Positions 51,754 to 64,000 of a stretch of DNA of 64,000 bases are shown in pieces (position 1 is the stretch's first letter; each line of letters begins with the position of its first letter). The position numbers and the translations under genes are program-made. Source of the stretch: Dimorphilus gyrociliatus (lineage: Eukaryota; Animalia; Annelida); the NCBI GenBank assembly GCA_904063045.1, contig CAJFCJ010000075.1:17611-81610 (forward strand), in the 5' to 3' direction. The notes under the pieces are model-generated. The model had not been told where the DNA came from. It ran no database searches and saw only the letters and a program-made list of their open reading frames with translations.

Positions 51754-52212
51754 CTACTTCCATTGGATAGCTGGTGTCACTATCAGAATCTGGACTATAC
51801 TCCCATTCCCATTGCCTATTGCTATAGCGATTTTGCTTTGTTGAGGTTGCCTTATTCTTTTAGCAAGGTTCCTTTTCCTGCTATCAAATTTCAGAGAACA
51901 CTGTTTTGCTTCAAAATTGAGGTTTGTTTCCACACTGTGTAGAAAATCACAACCAAGTATTATTGCTAAGTCTAGTTTTTTCATAATGATAAATTCTTGT
52001 TCCATAGTTTCTCTAGCAAATTGAATATTCAGTTCTGCTTTTCCTTTCTGCTTTAAAATATTCCTATCAGTTTTAGTAGTATTCAATAGCCCATTTATTT
52101 CTTTCTTGCAAGCTTTACAATTCATTAGCCCGATTTCATTTTCTGTGATAAAGGATCTAAGTGCTCCTGTGTCACACAGAGCAATGATTTGCCATGATAG
52201 ATTTACAGAATG
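51754..52212 (-). mobile_element. Retropepsin-like aspartic protease remnant (LTR retrotransposon, probably Ty3/Gypsy)
   Basis: IIALCDTGALRSFIT (catalytic DTG) in frame with ORF 51754-52125, which contains AIILGCDFL. Confidence 0.7.
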
Positions 52213-53300
52213 CTATAGCCTTTAATGGCTCTATTTCTTACTGCTGGTTAACGACAAACAGTTCATAGACTGAGCGGGGAAGAGTGTGCATAGTGACATG
52301 GACTAATGTTCTGATAATGGTACCAAAAAGAAGTTCTCTACTTCTACCATTCATTTGTTCACAAAAAGAGCAATCCTTTATTGATTATTTACTATGAAAT
52401 GGAATGTCAAACAAAAAATGTTATTTAGAGCAAAACTAGATTAAATTTGTCTCTGAAAGTTTGGCAGTTATTTTTAAAACTTTGAAAATGTTTAAGAAAT
52501 CTTGCAGTTTGAATTTCAGGCAACAAAGATTTGCAGATTTCATCCAGGTGTTTCACTCAGTGCAGTGACTCCATCTACCATGAGAAAAATATTTTATCGC
52601 TTTCAAACAAAATTTATATATTTTCTAATAATTCAATGGTCACTAGTGATAATTTCAGCCCTATTCTTAGATTAGATCCTGAAAGTAAATCTAAATAATT
52701 TCAATAATTGTCATCCTCTTAACCTTCAATTATCTCAGCAAAGTGTACTTATTCACTATGTAAAAATTGCTCATAACTATTGAGTTAGGGTTAGGGTAAA
52801 AATGCAAAATCTGGGCCCTTTTTTCCAGCATCCATAAAAAAGATAGATGCCATTCTAAAGGTTGGTATTGTGTGGACGAACTTGAGGTTTTATTTGAACT
52901 GGTACTCTGGTAAATGATTGAAAAGGACAAATATTATGATTATGGTCAAAGTGCAAACCAGTCAATATTTTATCTTTAGAATGTTGGGGAAAGCTTTTCC
53001 AGATATCTTTATCAAATGAATCAGAAGGAATTTTTTCAACAAAACCAGTCTGGTGTGAAAAACATATTTAAAGTGAATTTAGAAAATTTTTCCAGTTAAA
53101 ATTGATACCTTGAATTGAAATTAATTAGTTTGCAAATCATTAATTAAACATTGACTTTAAACATTAGATATTTCATATTAAAAAAAAACAAACAAGACAA
53201 TTTTAATCTTTTTTCCAATTGGAAATGAAAGGTTAAATTAATTATTTCATACTTCTTCCCATATTTAACTTTAAATGTATTTAAAAAAATTATAGAGACA

Positions 53301-56300
53301 ATGATATTTGTACTATCTTATCAATTAATTTGTTTTGTAATAAATTTTAAAAATATCGAAGCATCATCAATGTTTTTACAAATTGAAAAAGATAATCATA
53401 TTCAGGTTGAAGGAATTTTGAAAGTATTACATCCAGAAGAAAAAATACATATTGCAATAAAATATCAAAGATCTATTTTTCCTCTTGAAGCTACATTATG
53501 CAAAGCAAGTAATTATGATGATTTTCATGGTATTAGTAGACCATATTTCTTAAATTATACTGTTGATCATCATGCAATCATACAGATTTTTACACCATGT
53601 TGCAAATAGTAAGTTCATTCATAAATTTTTTTCTTTTTCTATTAAAACATTTGCCCATTTTTTATAGTCTTTTTATAAAGGGAAAAATATCATATGGCAT
53701 TCATTTAAAGTGTTTTAAAAAAAATGCAAAATGTAAGTTTTAAATAAAATGTACTTCAGTGTTTAAAACAAACTTTTTTTGTGGAAAAAATAGTTGCCTT
53801 TGCTGTTTTTGCTTCAAATAGATTAGAATTTCAAATTGTATTGAAAGATAAAAATAGATTTTATACCATGAAACAAAGTATAAAGTCATATTCATTTTGT
53901 TCGAAGTCAGAAATTGTTTATCATGACAACCAACTTGTGAATAGAAATAAAACTTTTATTGCATATTTCAATAATATAACATTTGAAGTTGATATTGTCA
54001 AAGAATCAAGTTTTAACACATCTTTATACTCAATTCTTTGTAAATATGTTGATCTTCATGGTATTAGAAAATGATATAAAAATTCACAACTAAATATTTA
54101 TTCTTAAAAAAAAATATTTGTTTTCAAATTTGTCTAGACTGGAGATTGTTGACACGGGAAGAAAGTCCTTTAATGTATCAATCTTTCGAACACATTTATA
54201 ACCCAGTTATCTTGCCTGGCTATTCAAATTTTTTTATTTCTAAAACTTATGGCCTATTTCCAGCATTTTTCCAATTGAATGGAAGTAGCAACTTTGAAGA
54301 GAGTTATAAAATTATCAATAATCTGATTTGTGAGCTATTGTCAAAGTCAGGAACATCAATTATTCATCGACAGACAATACAACCCTTCACATTTACAACT
54401 GTAAGTAAATCAGTTTCTTTATGTACTATCAAAGGAAATTTGTCTTCTTTAGGTTCCTGTTATCTATAATTGTAGTTATATAACAAGTACATATGAAGAT
54501 TGTTTTGTTCAATTATCAAGCTCAAAGGAAAAAATCACTTATGCTAATCCAATTTGTCTTGCAAGGACAAGTAAATTCTCTACATCCTATACATATTTTT
54601 TGTATATACAGTATAAAAAAATATTTTTCTTCCCTTTGAAAGATTCGACATTTCAACTTTTTCATGATGAAAATAATATTTTATATCAAGGTGAAAATCA
54701 TAATTTAAATGAATTTATTGGAATATTTCAACATTTTTTCAATAACCTTTGGATTGATTTTAAAAGTTTGAAATTTAAAGAAGTTCAGGTAATTTGTAAA
54801 TATTTTGGATTTAGCTATGGAACATTGGTAGATTATGACTATGGAAAATACGCCAGATATGTATCACGAAGCGCTGTTTTACATAAAAGGACTCTATCTT
54901 GTGAGAATGACAATCTTATGGAGTGTATTATTCTATCGCCGGAAAGAAGGTAGTGTTGATATGCATCACAGGAAACTATTTTAAAAAATAAACAAAAATG
55001 TCTATCATTAAGAGAAAGTGTCCATCAGAATACAATAACAACTCCTTTTTAGAGTAGGCCTATAAAAATTAGCATTTAGTATCTCATTTGTTATAATAAA
55101 AATGCTTGTCATACCATGAACATTTTCTCCAAAAAATTGTTTAGATAAATCACATGAAATAAAAATATGAATTTTCCTAACAGTGGCATATCAACAAATA
55201 TTCCTTATCATATTAAATGCTCAACAGAACAAGGTTACAATAGAATTCCAGAAACGGATATGACAGAAAACGTCCACAAATCAGTGCTTTTACCCTAACA
55301 CTAACCCAACCCTTAGCTGTACCTAACCTTTTCCAATAGCCCTAACCCTTAGAAGCGACCCTCGTACGTACAAGTCAGTTGCTGTTTTCTTTTGCCTAAC
55401 CATTTCTCAATCCAAACTTTTGTCTTGAAATTTCTCATTTGTGGTCGTTTTCTGTCGACCCCTCCAGAAATATTACATAAAAAAATGATTCATATAAAGA
55501 CTTTTTCTTTCTTTAGTGATTGATTGCAAAAAACAAGATGCATATATATTATATGATGTTTGTTATAGTGTCTTTGAAAATATTAACACTTTAACAATTG
55601 ATGAAATTGGTCAAATATGCGAAAAAGATAATTTGACATTGACTGATATTCCATCGTCAAATTTTCTATTTGTCTATCAGTTTTTAATTTTTGAAGTAGA
55701 CCATTATTTTATATATCAGTTTCCAAATAGTTGGTATATTTTCTCGTTTTCATGATGATAGTCAAAAATAAAAAATTAAACAGAAGTTCTAACAAAAAAT
55801 ATGACACAGTCAAAACCTGAAGATTTTCCAAGAAAAACTCAAAAAATTGAAGTATCTGCTAGTAATAATCCTATTTTATATAAATCTAAAAACTATATAC
55901 AGTATGAGAAAGTATGAATTTTCGTTTTTCAAAATCTAAAAAAAACACAAACAAATTCTTATACTTTACAGAAATGTTCAAATAAAAAAACATTATTGAA
56001 ATTATACCTTCGCAGTGGAACATACCAAAGTTTCACATTCATATCAGAGCCCTATCTTGGATGTAGTATATACCAGCTTACAGTTGGAAATATTTTGCCT
56101 TATTTATCAGGAAATTTGGTTGAATGTGACGTTTGGACTAAACTTTATATTTGTCATCAACAACCCAGTAGTTACATCTTTTTTATTCAATCAGCCTGCA
56201 TATTATTACTCTATTAAAATAGGAGTTAAACATTTAAATGACATAATGAAAAATTTAGTGATAGATGAGATGAAAAATTGTCCTAAAAACACATTCTTTT

Positions 56301-59300
56301 GTCAAAGCGAAAAAAATTGTATATCAAACATCTATGTATGTGATGGAAAATTTGACTGTCTTTTAAAGGAAGATGAATTAAATTGTGCTGAAAGTGAATT
56401 TATGGAATTTCATTGTCTGACTTCTTTAGAAAAAATCAATTATAAGCTGGTTTGTAATTTTGTTGAAAATTGTCGAGATGGTTCTGATGAAAATTTTTGT
56501 CAAACACCAAATTGTCCTCAAAATTACAAGTAACGTCATTTGAGAAATATCTTCATAATGAATAAAACATTTCCCCTTGTGACAGAAAATGTTCGAATGG
56601 ACAATGTATACTTAACAGTCATTTGGGAGATGACGAAAAAAATTGTTTTGATGACAGCGACGAAAATCTGCAATACATTAGAAAACAGTTTACTAACAGT
56701 AGCCTTGTGTATTCTTAAATCAAAACAATTTGAAAAAAATTTCTTTCATTTCTCTTTCTTAGTCACTTTCAAAACATGTAATAATAAAATACTTCAAAAC
56801 ACATCTCTATGTGACTTTAGAAAAGACTGTCAGGACGAATATGACGAAATAGTAGGGTTATGTTCTAAAAGAATACAGCATTTATCATCTGTTATATGTC
56901 ATCCCGAAAAATTTGAGCACCGATGTAAAATAAAGTACAGCTCCACAGGATATTTACAAACAAGACCACATTTCCCTTACGACGAAATTGATTCTTGTCA
57001 CGTTTCAAAATGCGATATTGGAGAATATTTGTGTCATTTTGAAACATTTTGTATTTCTATTCAACAATTTTGCGATGGTATCAATCATTGTTTCCATGGA
57101 GATGATGAGCTCTTCTGCGGTAAGAAAAAATCATGAAAAAAATAAAATGAATATTTTTCAGGAATACAAACAAAGAATTCGACATTTGACAGATAATTTT
57201 AATCCAATTGGCGTTTTTATGTGCAAAAATGAAAAGCTGTACTTAATACCAGAGAAAGTTTGTAATGGAATTGTAGACTGTGCTCATGGTAGTGATGAAC
57301 TTTTGTGTTACAACACATCCAAGAAACTTTACAGTCATAATTATTGTATACAAAAGTATTCCTATCATTTAATTTGCAATAATTCAAAATTCGAAAATGG
57401 AATTGAAAAATTTGAAATTTATTCAAAACATTTGAAAGCTTTAACAATAATTGGAACATTTCAATTCACAATTCAGAACTCAGAATTTTATAAATTAAGT
57501 CTAATTCACATTCAAAATTGTTTGATTGAAAATTTTCCCATTCACTATTTTCCAAATATTGTAATTGTCATTTTAAAGAATACTAGTCTTTTGGAATTAC
57601 AAACAAGAGACACTAATGAGAGTTTCAGTCTGGCTTCATTAGTGCAGTATATTGATATTTCATATAATCCGATAAGAAATCTAACAAAGTTTTTAACAAA
57701 TTTCAATGGAAGTGTTCTAAGATATTTAGATATTTCGCAAACAAAAATTACAAACCTGAACTCTGAAAATATTCAAAAATTAAGTAATTTAAGAATTTTT
57801 AAATTGGCAAATTGTCGGATAAAAGTTGTTACAATGAAATCGTTTGAATATTTGAAAGAATTGAGAGAATTGCATATGAATTCTACAAATTTTCCTTTGA
57901 AAAGATCCAATTATATTTCCAGAAGTATACAAAAAGTTCAAAAAGTATTCTCAAACAATTTTAATTTTTGCTGTTTGGTTTGGAAATATATATCACAATT
58001 TGTAATTTGTCAACCGTTTACATCGCAATTTCAAATTTGTTCCAACTTGTTGGCAACTAACGTTATAAGAATTTTATTCTGGATTTATGGTACTGGCGGA
58101 TTTTTGGGAAATATTTTAGCCTTATTTATGTTATTAGTGCATCAAAAAGCTTTTGTATCCTATCAAACAACTCTAATATTCGGTGATTTTTTTACGAGTT
58201 TATACCTTTTAAATATTGCAATTGTTGATTTATATTATAAAAATCAATACCTTGATGAAGATTACAATTGGAGATATGGAATATATTGTAATGGATTAGG
58301 TAGTCTGATGTCATTTGCCGTTTTATTATCTTCAAATAGTGTCTCATTATTGACACTTGAAAAATATTTTGCAATAACCTCAATCAGAAAAGATACAATT
58401 TTAGTCATAAAAAGGAAGGCTTGGTTTATGGGATTAAATGTGGTGACATCCCTGCTATTAGCAACAATTCCAGCTGTCATATATGATGTAACATAAATTG
58501 AGAAATAGTTGACTTTCTTTGTTTTAGAAAGTATATAAATTTTCTTTGTAGAATTTCTTTTCAAAAACGCCAATTTGTTTTAATATTCATATTAGAAAGG
58601 AATTAACGGAAGGATGGTTTTTTTCGTTTTTTTATTTTGGTGTTATACTTCTGTTGAATAATATAATTATTTTTGTTTCATATGTTTTGATTTTTTTGAC
58701 TGTAAGAAAGTCAAAAGTAGAAATGAAAAAAATGATTAAATCAGAAAAAAATCAATCAATGTTATCAAAATCAATAATTGTTATAATCTCTACAAATTTT
58801 TTATGTTGGATGCCATTTTGTCTACTTGGAGTATTGGCAATATTTGTTGATTTAAATATCAAAAATAATATATATTATTTAATATTTATTATATTTTTAC
58901 CATTAAATTCTGTTGTTAATTCAGCAGTTTTTATCTTTAGCTCATTTTTAAAACATCAACAACTTTTAAAAGGAAATCTTGAAAAGAAAATGTTTGTTTT
59001 TCATTCTAGAAATATTTTCGTAATAATAGTTCACATTTTTTCAATTTTGTTCATGTATAGGAGAATATTAGAGGAGGAACATTTATCTAAATTAAAACTT
59101 AAGGGTATCAGAATTTTCTTTTTTTAATTTTGTTTTGATAGAACCTTTGAATTCTTGATTATGTCAAATTCAGTTATGTCAATTATAAATGAATCAAGAG
59201 AAAATAATATTGTTTCAAAGATACCTGTAATGGCTTTCAGAAAATTTGACTTTTCCATTCAAATCTATGATGTTGGAAATATTTTAAAACTATCTAAAAG

Positions 59301-59578
59301 TGTGATTTCATCTCTTCAGTTTATGGCAAGAAAATCATTCAGTTTGGATGAAAAATTAGATATTAATCAGATATGGTTCGATGTATGTTTATTCTTTTTT
59401 AAAATTAGTCTGCTGTGTCAATCATGAATTTTTTTATCAGTTGAAATCCAAAACATTCTTTCTAGCAATAGAAAAAGTTGATAATTTCAAACCAGAAAAT
59501 CATCAAAAAAATATACAAGAATATGGAATGCTTTTGAGGAAAGTTCTGCAAAAAAGAACAGCATTATTACAAAAATGA
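53301..59578 (+). CDS. GRL101-like LDLa/LRR-containing class A GPCR with extra N-terminal SRCR-like and CTL-like modules and an extended C-terminal tail
   Basis: Signal peptide MIFVLSYQLICFVINF; SRCR-like VQVICKYFGFSYG...LSCEND; CTL-like CKKQDAYILYDVCY...CDVWTKLYIC; about 6 LDLa repeats (CDGKFDCLLKEDELNC, CRDGSDENFC, CDGINHCFHGDDELFC, CAHGSDELLC); LRRs (LRYLDISQTKI); hinge FCCL...C; 7TM (GNILAL, CNGLGSL...LTLEKYFAI, NFLCWMPF, PLNSVVN). Some internal junctions are unresolved. Confidence 0.82.
55255..55462. mobile_element. 208-bp MITE with an 8-bp TSD (same family as 51467), intronic
   Basis: cggatatgacagaaaacgtccacaaat ... atttgtggtcgttttctgtcgacccc, flanked by TCCAGAAA on both sides; internal ccctaac repeats. 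Confidence 0.85.
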
Positions 59579-60469
59579 TATTTTTAAAATATATATTTTA
59601 TTGTGAAATAAAAAGTAAATTTCTCAAATAAGCAAATGTCTTATATTTACGAATCCAGTACTGTGACTGAGACAAAATGTATCTTAGGTTTGAAAAATGT
59701 AAGATCTAAACAAGTATTTCTTCTTCTTATTTTCATAAATTGTTCAGGGTCATTTCAATTATAGTTTATTTTTGAAATGATAATTAAGGAAAAGCCTGTT
59801 GTACAACTTTTGTTATATTTTATGTTTAAACTATATTACTGTTGTTATCCAGTGAGTGATATCGTCATCAGCCGCGCTAAATTGTTGATCGCGAAACTTA
59901 TAGAAAGACAGTTCATTTGATTTTTGATTTTCGAAATGGTAAAACAAATAAATGGTTTCGTCATCATCCCCTTTATGAAAAACGTCCACAAAAATTATTA
60001 TTATTATCAATCTTTCAATAATGGAAAACACATGCTATATCAGCAAAGATCCCTTCATGGGCAGCCATATTACAGGCGAATGCTCTTTATTTTTCAAAAC
60101 ATGCAATATCAAGTGCATTCAAGGTTTGTGTTTTTTATTTTTTTATAGTATCAATCATTCAATTATTTCAGGTTAGGAATCAAATTTGCCATTATTTCTG
60201 AGTTGTTTTCAAATCTCTAATAGAAGTTGTGTGGTATCGTTAAAAATAATAGACCTATAAGAAGGAAAGAACACAAATGAGCCTAGAGAGGAATTGGGAT
60301 TATCATTTTCTTTTGATAGCATTGAGAGAAACCGTTCCATTGGGAAGTTCAAAGTATTGTTCAGTAATGAAATTGAAGTAAATACAGTGGATCTAATAAA
60401 TCTAATAAATGTTCAGCTTTCTTCATACAAAAATTTCTAAATGGAAATTATTTACCAGTGAGGAACATT

Positions 60470-60790
60470 AAATCACAATCACTCACCAGCTAAAACAGCA
60501 GATTGCCATTAGAAAAGACATCGAGGAGAAATATGCAAATGATCTTATATCGTCAGGGAAAAGAATTGCAAAAGATATTCTTTTAAAGCATTCATATCGA
60601 AAATCTAGCTTGCATAACTGCAAAGTAATCAACCACAACAAGTAAAAAAATAGACCAGCTGAGCCTGATTATTTAAATTTTCAACTTGGTGTAACTTTCG
60701 TGTCATTCGGATTTTTTAAGAAATATATTTATTCAAGCGATGAAAGAATCTTATATAATAAAGAATCAATATTCCAAAAAATTCAGGTTA
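60470..60790 (+). mobile_element. MULE transposase N-terminal remnant
   Basis: Degenerate NHNHSP...IRKDIEEK...KRIAKD...NLA...KxRPAEPDYLNFQL...FGFL, which resembles the HNH...RP-x-x-P-x-DL-x-FEL...GFL stretch of animal MULE transposases. Confidence 0.5.
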
Positions 60791-61366
60791 GGAAACATAA
60801 AACAATGTAGAAATGTAATCTAACTTTATTGTTCTATTTAACGATCTGGCTTGTAGATCAGAATTTTAAAAGAAAGAAGGAGAATGGAAATGGGTGAAAG
60901 GGGTTATGGCTCTACCCTAGCTTCCTTATACTTTGTTTGCAAATCAATTCAACAAAATACAAAATGACCTAGCTAAAAGAAATAAACTTGGAGATTTAAT
61001 GGATTATATTGCGGATTAAAAATACTTTTTGGCCTCCAGAAAATTGATCTGTTTGTAACCAAAGAATCAGAACCAACAGAATTTATCATGGATGGCAAGC
61101 TGATGGTTGGTTTGGAGAGGATATTTTTAAAGCAAATCTTTTGAATTATGTAACCTGCAAGAGATTTTGCTCTTGATGACGAGCCTGCTGTAGAGGAAAT
61201 ATGGAAAGCCCTCAATGATCGCCTGGATACATCTTCAACCCCTACTCTTAGTTTAGATCCATATGAGCCCTGAGACTAGTCCTTAATAATTTCAAAAATT
61301 ATACTCCTCTTAACCTTTCGATGAAAAAATTTCTGTAAAAGATCACTTTGCTCTCTTAGAAGAACT

Positions 61367-61775
61367 TGTTACCCTTTCAACTGAATTGAATTAACAAGTT
61401 GTCAAATCAATAACTAGATATTTGATATTAACAAAAAAACGAACAAGACTTTTGAATAAAGTAGGAAAAGGACTTTATTTTAATAATTACAGTGAAACAT
61501 ATATCTTAACGATATATATTACGACTGTAAAGACAATTCAGCTACTGAACGTACACCAAGGGCCACCTGGCAGGATTCTTACAACGTTACGTTTAAAAGA
61601 TACATCGGCCCTCTGCCGGCTATTACAAACGTTATTTATCGTAACTTATTCAACACAAGACAATTAACCTTTTTTTAAATGGAAATGAAAGGTTAAAATT
61701 AATTGAATGGCATTTTTTAATGTTATTTTATTTTTCATACTATTACAAACATTATTTATCGTAACTTATTCAACA
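61367..61775 (-). repeat. 3' LTR of the BEL/Pao element, with a duplicated 5' end
   Basis: On minus it begins TGTTGAATAAG at 61775, right after a purine-rich ggctgggaa tract, and ends GGGTAACA at 61367. The first ~35 bp recur at 61655. It contains TATA-like and AATAAA signals. Confidence 0.75.
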
Positions 61776-64000
61776 TTCCCAGCCAAGGAAGGACGAAAGG
61801 TAACTGCGTCTTCACCAACATATACATAAATATATAAAATTAATAATGCAATAAACTAAGCTATTATTTAATTGGGATCAAGTCTTTTAAGCTTCTCCGC
61901 ATCTCTTTTTCATCTGACGTTTTTAGTAGAACATTTCTGATCTTCCCGTCGTCAGACTTAATCAAATGAGATATCTTTGCTTTCTTATATTCAGCCCTAT
62001 TTCTGTCATTCTTAAGTAACACTTTTTGTCCGATATAAGGCCTTTCTCCCTTTTCATCTTCTCTAACCTCTCTCATAACTTCTTCCAACATTTCTCTGTT
62101 CCATTTGAAACAAATCTTCTTCCAATTGTCCCTGGCTTTCTTGGAGTTTCGCCAGTTCGCCATTAAGTCTCCATAATATTTAATGAGAGTTCTGGGGCTT
62201 AGAACTTCTTGATCTGGGTCTTTCATGAGTCCTGTAAGGGGTTTCGTGGAGACCGCTTCCTCAGCAACTGAGAGTAGGCTTCTCCAACTTTCTTCTTTAA
62301 AACAATTCTTTAGGTAAGGACGCAGAATCCATTTCACAGTTCTTATTGATTGTTCCCATAAGCCTCCTTGATACGGAGCTCTAGGGCTTGTGAATTTCCA
62401 GTTTCCATTAAAGTTTTTTGAAACTTGGGCAAAGGTTGCTGCATTGTCTGATCTAATGTTTGTTATCGGTCCTCTTAAATATTTTATGCTCAGTAAAGCT
62501 AACTGAACACTATTCTTGTTAATAGATTCCATTAATTCTAATGCGACAGCCTTTGTTTTCAAGCATACTCCTATAAGGACATATCTTTTTTCGCTGTTTT
62601 TATTCTTGAATGGTCCGAACACATCTATTCCGATTGATTCAAAGGGAATCGCTTCACCCATAATTTGATCCTTACAGGTTGATTTCCATCATATTGGAAC
62701 CTTTTGTTTTTCCTCCACTCCTCACACTCCTGGCACTTATCTTAAACATCATTTGCTAACGCTACCTCTCCAACTATCCAGAACAAATGCCTCAATCTAT
62801 GTAGCATGGCATTAGGTTCAGAATGGCCAGTTCTTAAATGTACATATTTCATAAGTACTCTCGCTACACTCATATTTTTATGCAATAGGGTTCTAGTTCG
62901 TTTATCTCTTAAAACAACTTCCAAATGTCCCCATTCATTTCTGGTCAATTTTAATTTTTCCATTACTGCAGACGGTATAATTTTCTGTTCCTCTGTTATT
63001 CTCTCATTAATTACTGAAGTAAATTTATTGGGATCACCTGCTACTTCTCTTCTGAAATCGCTTTCTTGTTCCCATGGCAAGATCACCTTCCCCAGGAGGA
63101 CTGTTTGAGCACTTTCTCTTCCAAACTGAACCAATTGTCCTTTAAAGAAAAATCTCTTAATTTTGTCAATTTATCAGCCAGATTATTCTCCGTGGGTACG
63201 TATTCCCATTGATAATCCTCAGTATGATTAAGAATTTTCTTGACTCTTTCTCTTTCGAATTGTACTAAAGGAATCGACATATTCTTTATATATGCTAGGA
63301 CAGCTTTGTTGTCAGACAAAAATGTTGTTGGTTTCTTTTCTAATTTATAAAATTCGAACTCTAAAGCTAGCTCAACTCCCAACAAAGCAGCCATCAATTC
63401 TCTCCTTGGAGTCGACGTTTTGTTATCAGGATCGCCTTCTTTGTTAAGACATGATTTTGCTCCAACAATGGGCCAAGTTTTTTCAATGAGCCCACAGATT
63501 ACTGCACCATGACAATCATTAGATGCGTCTACATATACCCAGTAAGCTGAAGGATTTCCAATATATCTAGGCAACCGTATTTCTTTGGGCAACTTTTTAG
63601 CCAACATTCTCCATTCATTTACTAAGGAATCCGGGACTTTTGCGTTCCAGTTGCCTAACTCCATTTGATAACAGGCTTTTGACCATATGGTCTTGAAAGC
63701 GGCTCTAATTGGCTCTAAATAAAAACCCGCATTAAAGCTGAGTTCATCTCCCTATATGACGGTTTCTCGTCGCGCAATTTAAATGGTTCCAGTCGCCACT
63801 GTAAATAATCTTCTTTCATATATTCGATCCCTAGGATTCTCTCTGCCATTGATTGGTCTTCTCCAAATTTAGCGGCTAATTCCGTTACATTGGAATCGAA
63901 TTTGGTTAATTTGAAATAGGGTTTTAATGTCTCTTGCAAATTCTTGGCCATTTGTTCTAATTCATTCAGATCATCACTAGTTTGGACCCAATCATCCATA
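61367..64000 (-). mobile_element. BEL/Pao LTR retrotransposon (end of RT, RNase H, integrase), frameshifted; continues beyond the window
   Basis: MDDWVQT (RT YxDD region); YWVYVDASNDCHGAV...STPRRELMAALLG (Pao RNase H); HLRTGH...LRHLFWI (integrase zinc finger); PFESIGIDVFGP...IRSDNA...FTSPRAPYQGGLWEQSIRTVK (integrase core). The RT-RH-IN order fits BEL/Pao. Confidence 0.92.

Noticed and set aside
1156-63108. Many short (60-110 aa) ORFs antisense to or overlapping real exons (for example 12452, 12512, 13094, 16949, 20451, 28018, 33273, 35991, 62806)
   Set aside because: These are shadow ORFs of coding sequence with no motifs or splice support.
1-64000. Prokaryotic systems (CRISPR arrays, operons, defence islands)
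   Set aside because: Spliceosomal introns, a tRNA-Ile(AAT) without CCA and metazoan domain families show this is animal DNA. No regularly spaced direct-repeat array was seen.

Overview
AT-rich eukaryotic (invertebrate animal) genomic DNA with very short (mostly 55-70 nt) spliceosomal introns and a tRNA-Ile(AAT). The compactness and gene families suggest a small-genome lophotrochozoan such as a meiofaunal annelid; that is inference only. The main element is a minus-strand gene at 31467->10690. I spliced it by hand into 33 in-frame exons (18,330 nt, about 6,109 aa). It encodes a complete 11-TM polycystin-1-like (PKD1-like/REJ) receptor-channel. Its ectodomain is an unusually large glycan-recognition array: signal peptide, [C-type lectin - PAN/apple - F5/8 discoidin x3] repeated about 4 times (last copy shortened), a fibrinogen-related domain, an F-type lectin, an EGF-like module, PKD repeats, REJ and a degenerate GPS. 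Also present: discoidin/PAN/FAMeT-domain genes (0-5 kb), a Tc1 element between convergent RNI-like LRR fragments, and a ~7.6 kb palindrome next to an N gap carrying a chitin-binding (CBM14) gene (probably an assembly fold-back). Further features are LGR/GRL101-type GPCR genes with possibly pseudokinase-like tails, an F-type-lectin-like gene, a MITE family with 8-bp TSDs, MULE and retro-protease remnants, and a frameshifted BEL/Pao LTR retrotransposon at the right edge. All calls are by manual translation and motif recognition; no database searches were run.
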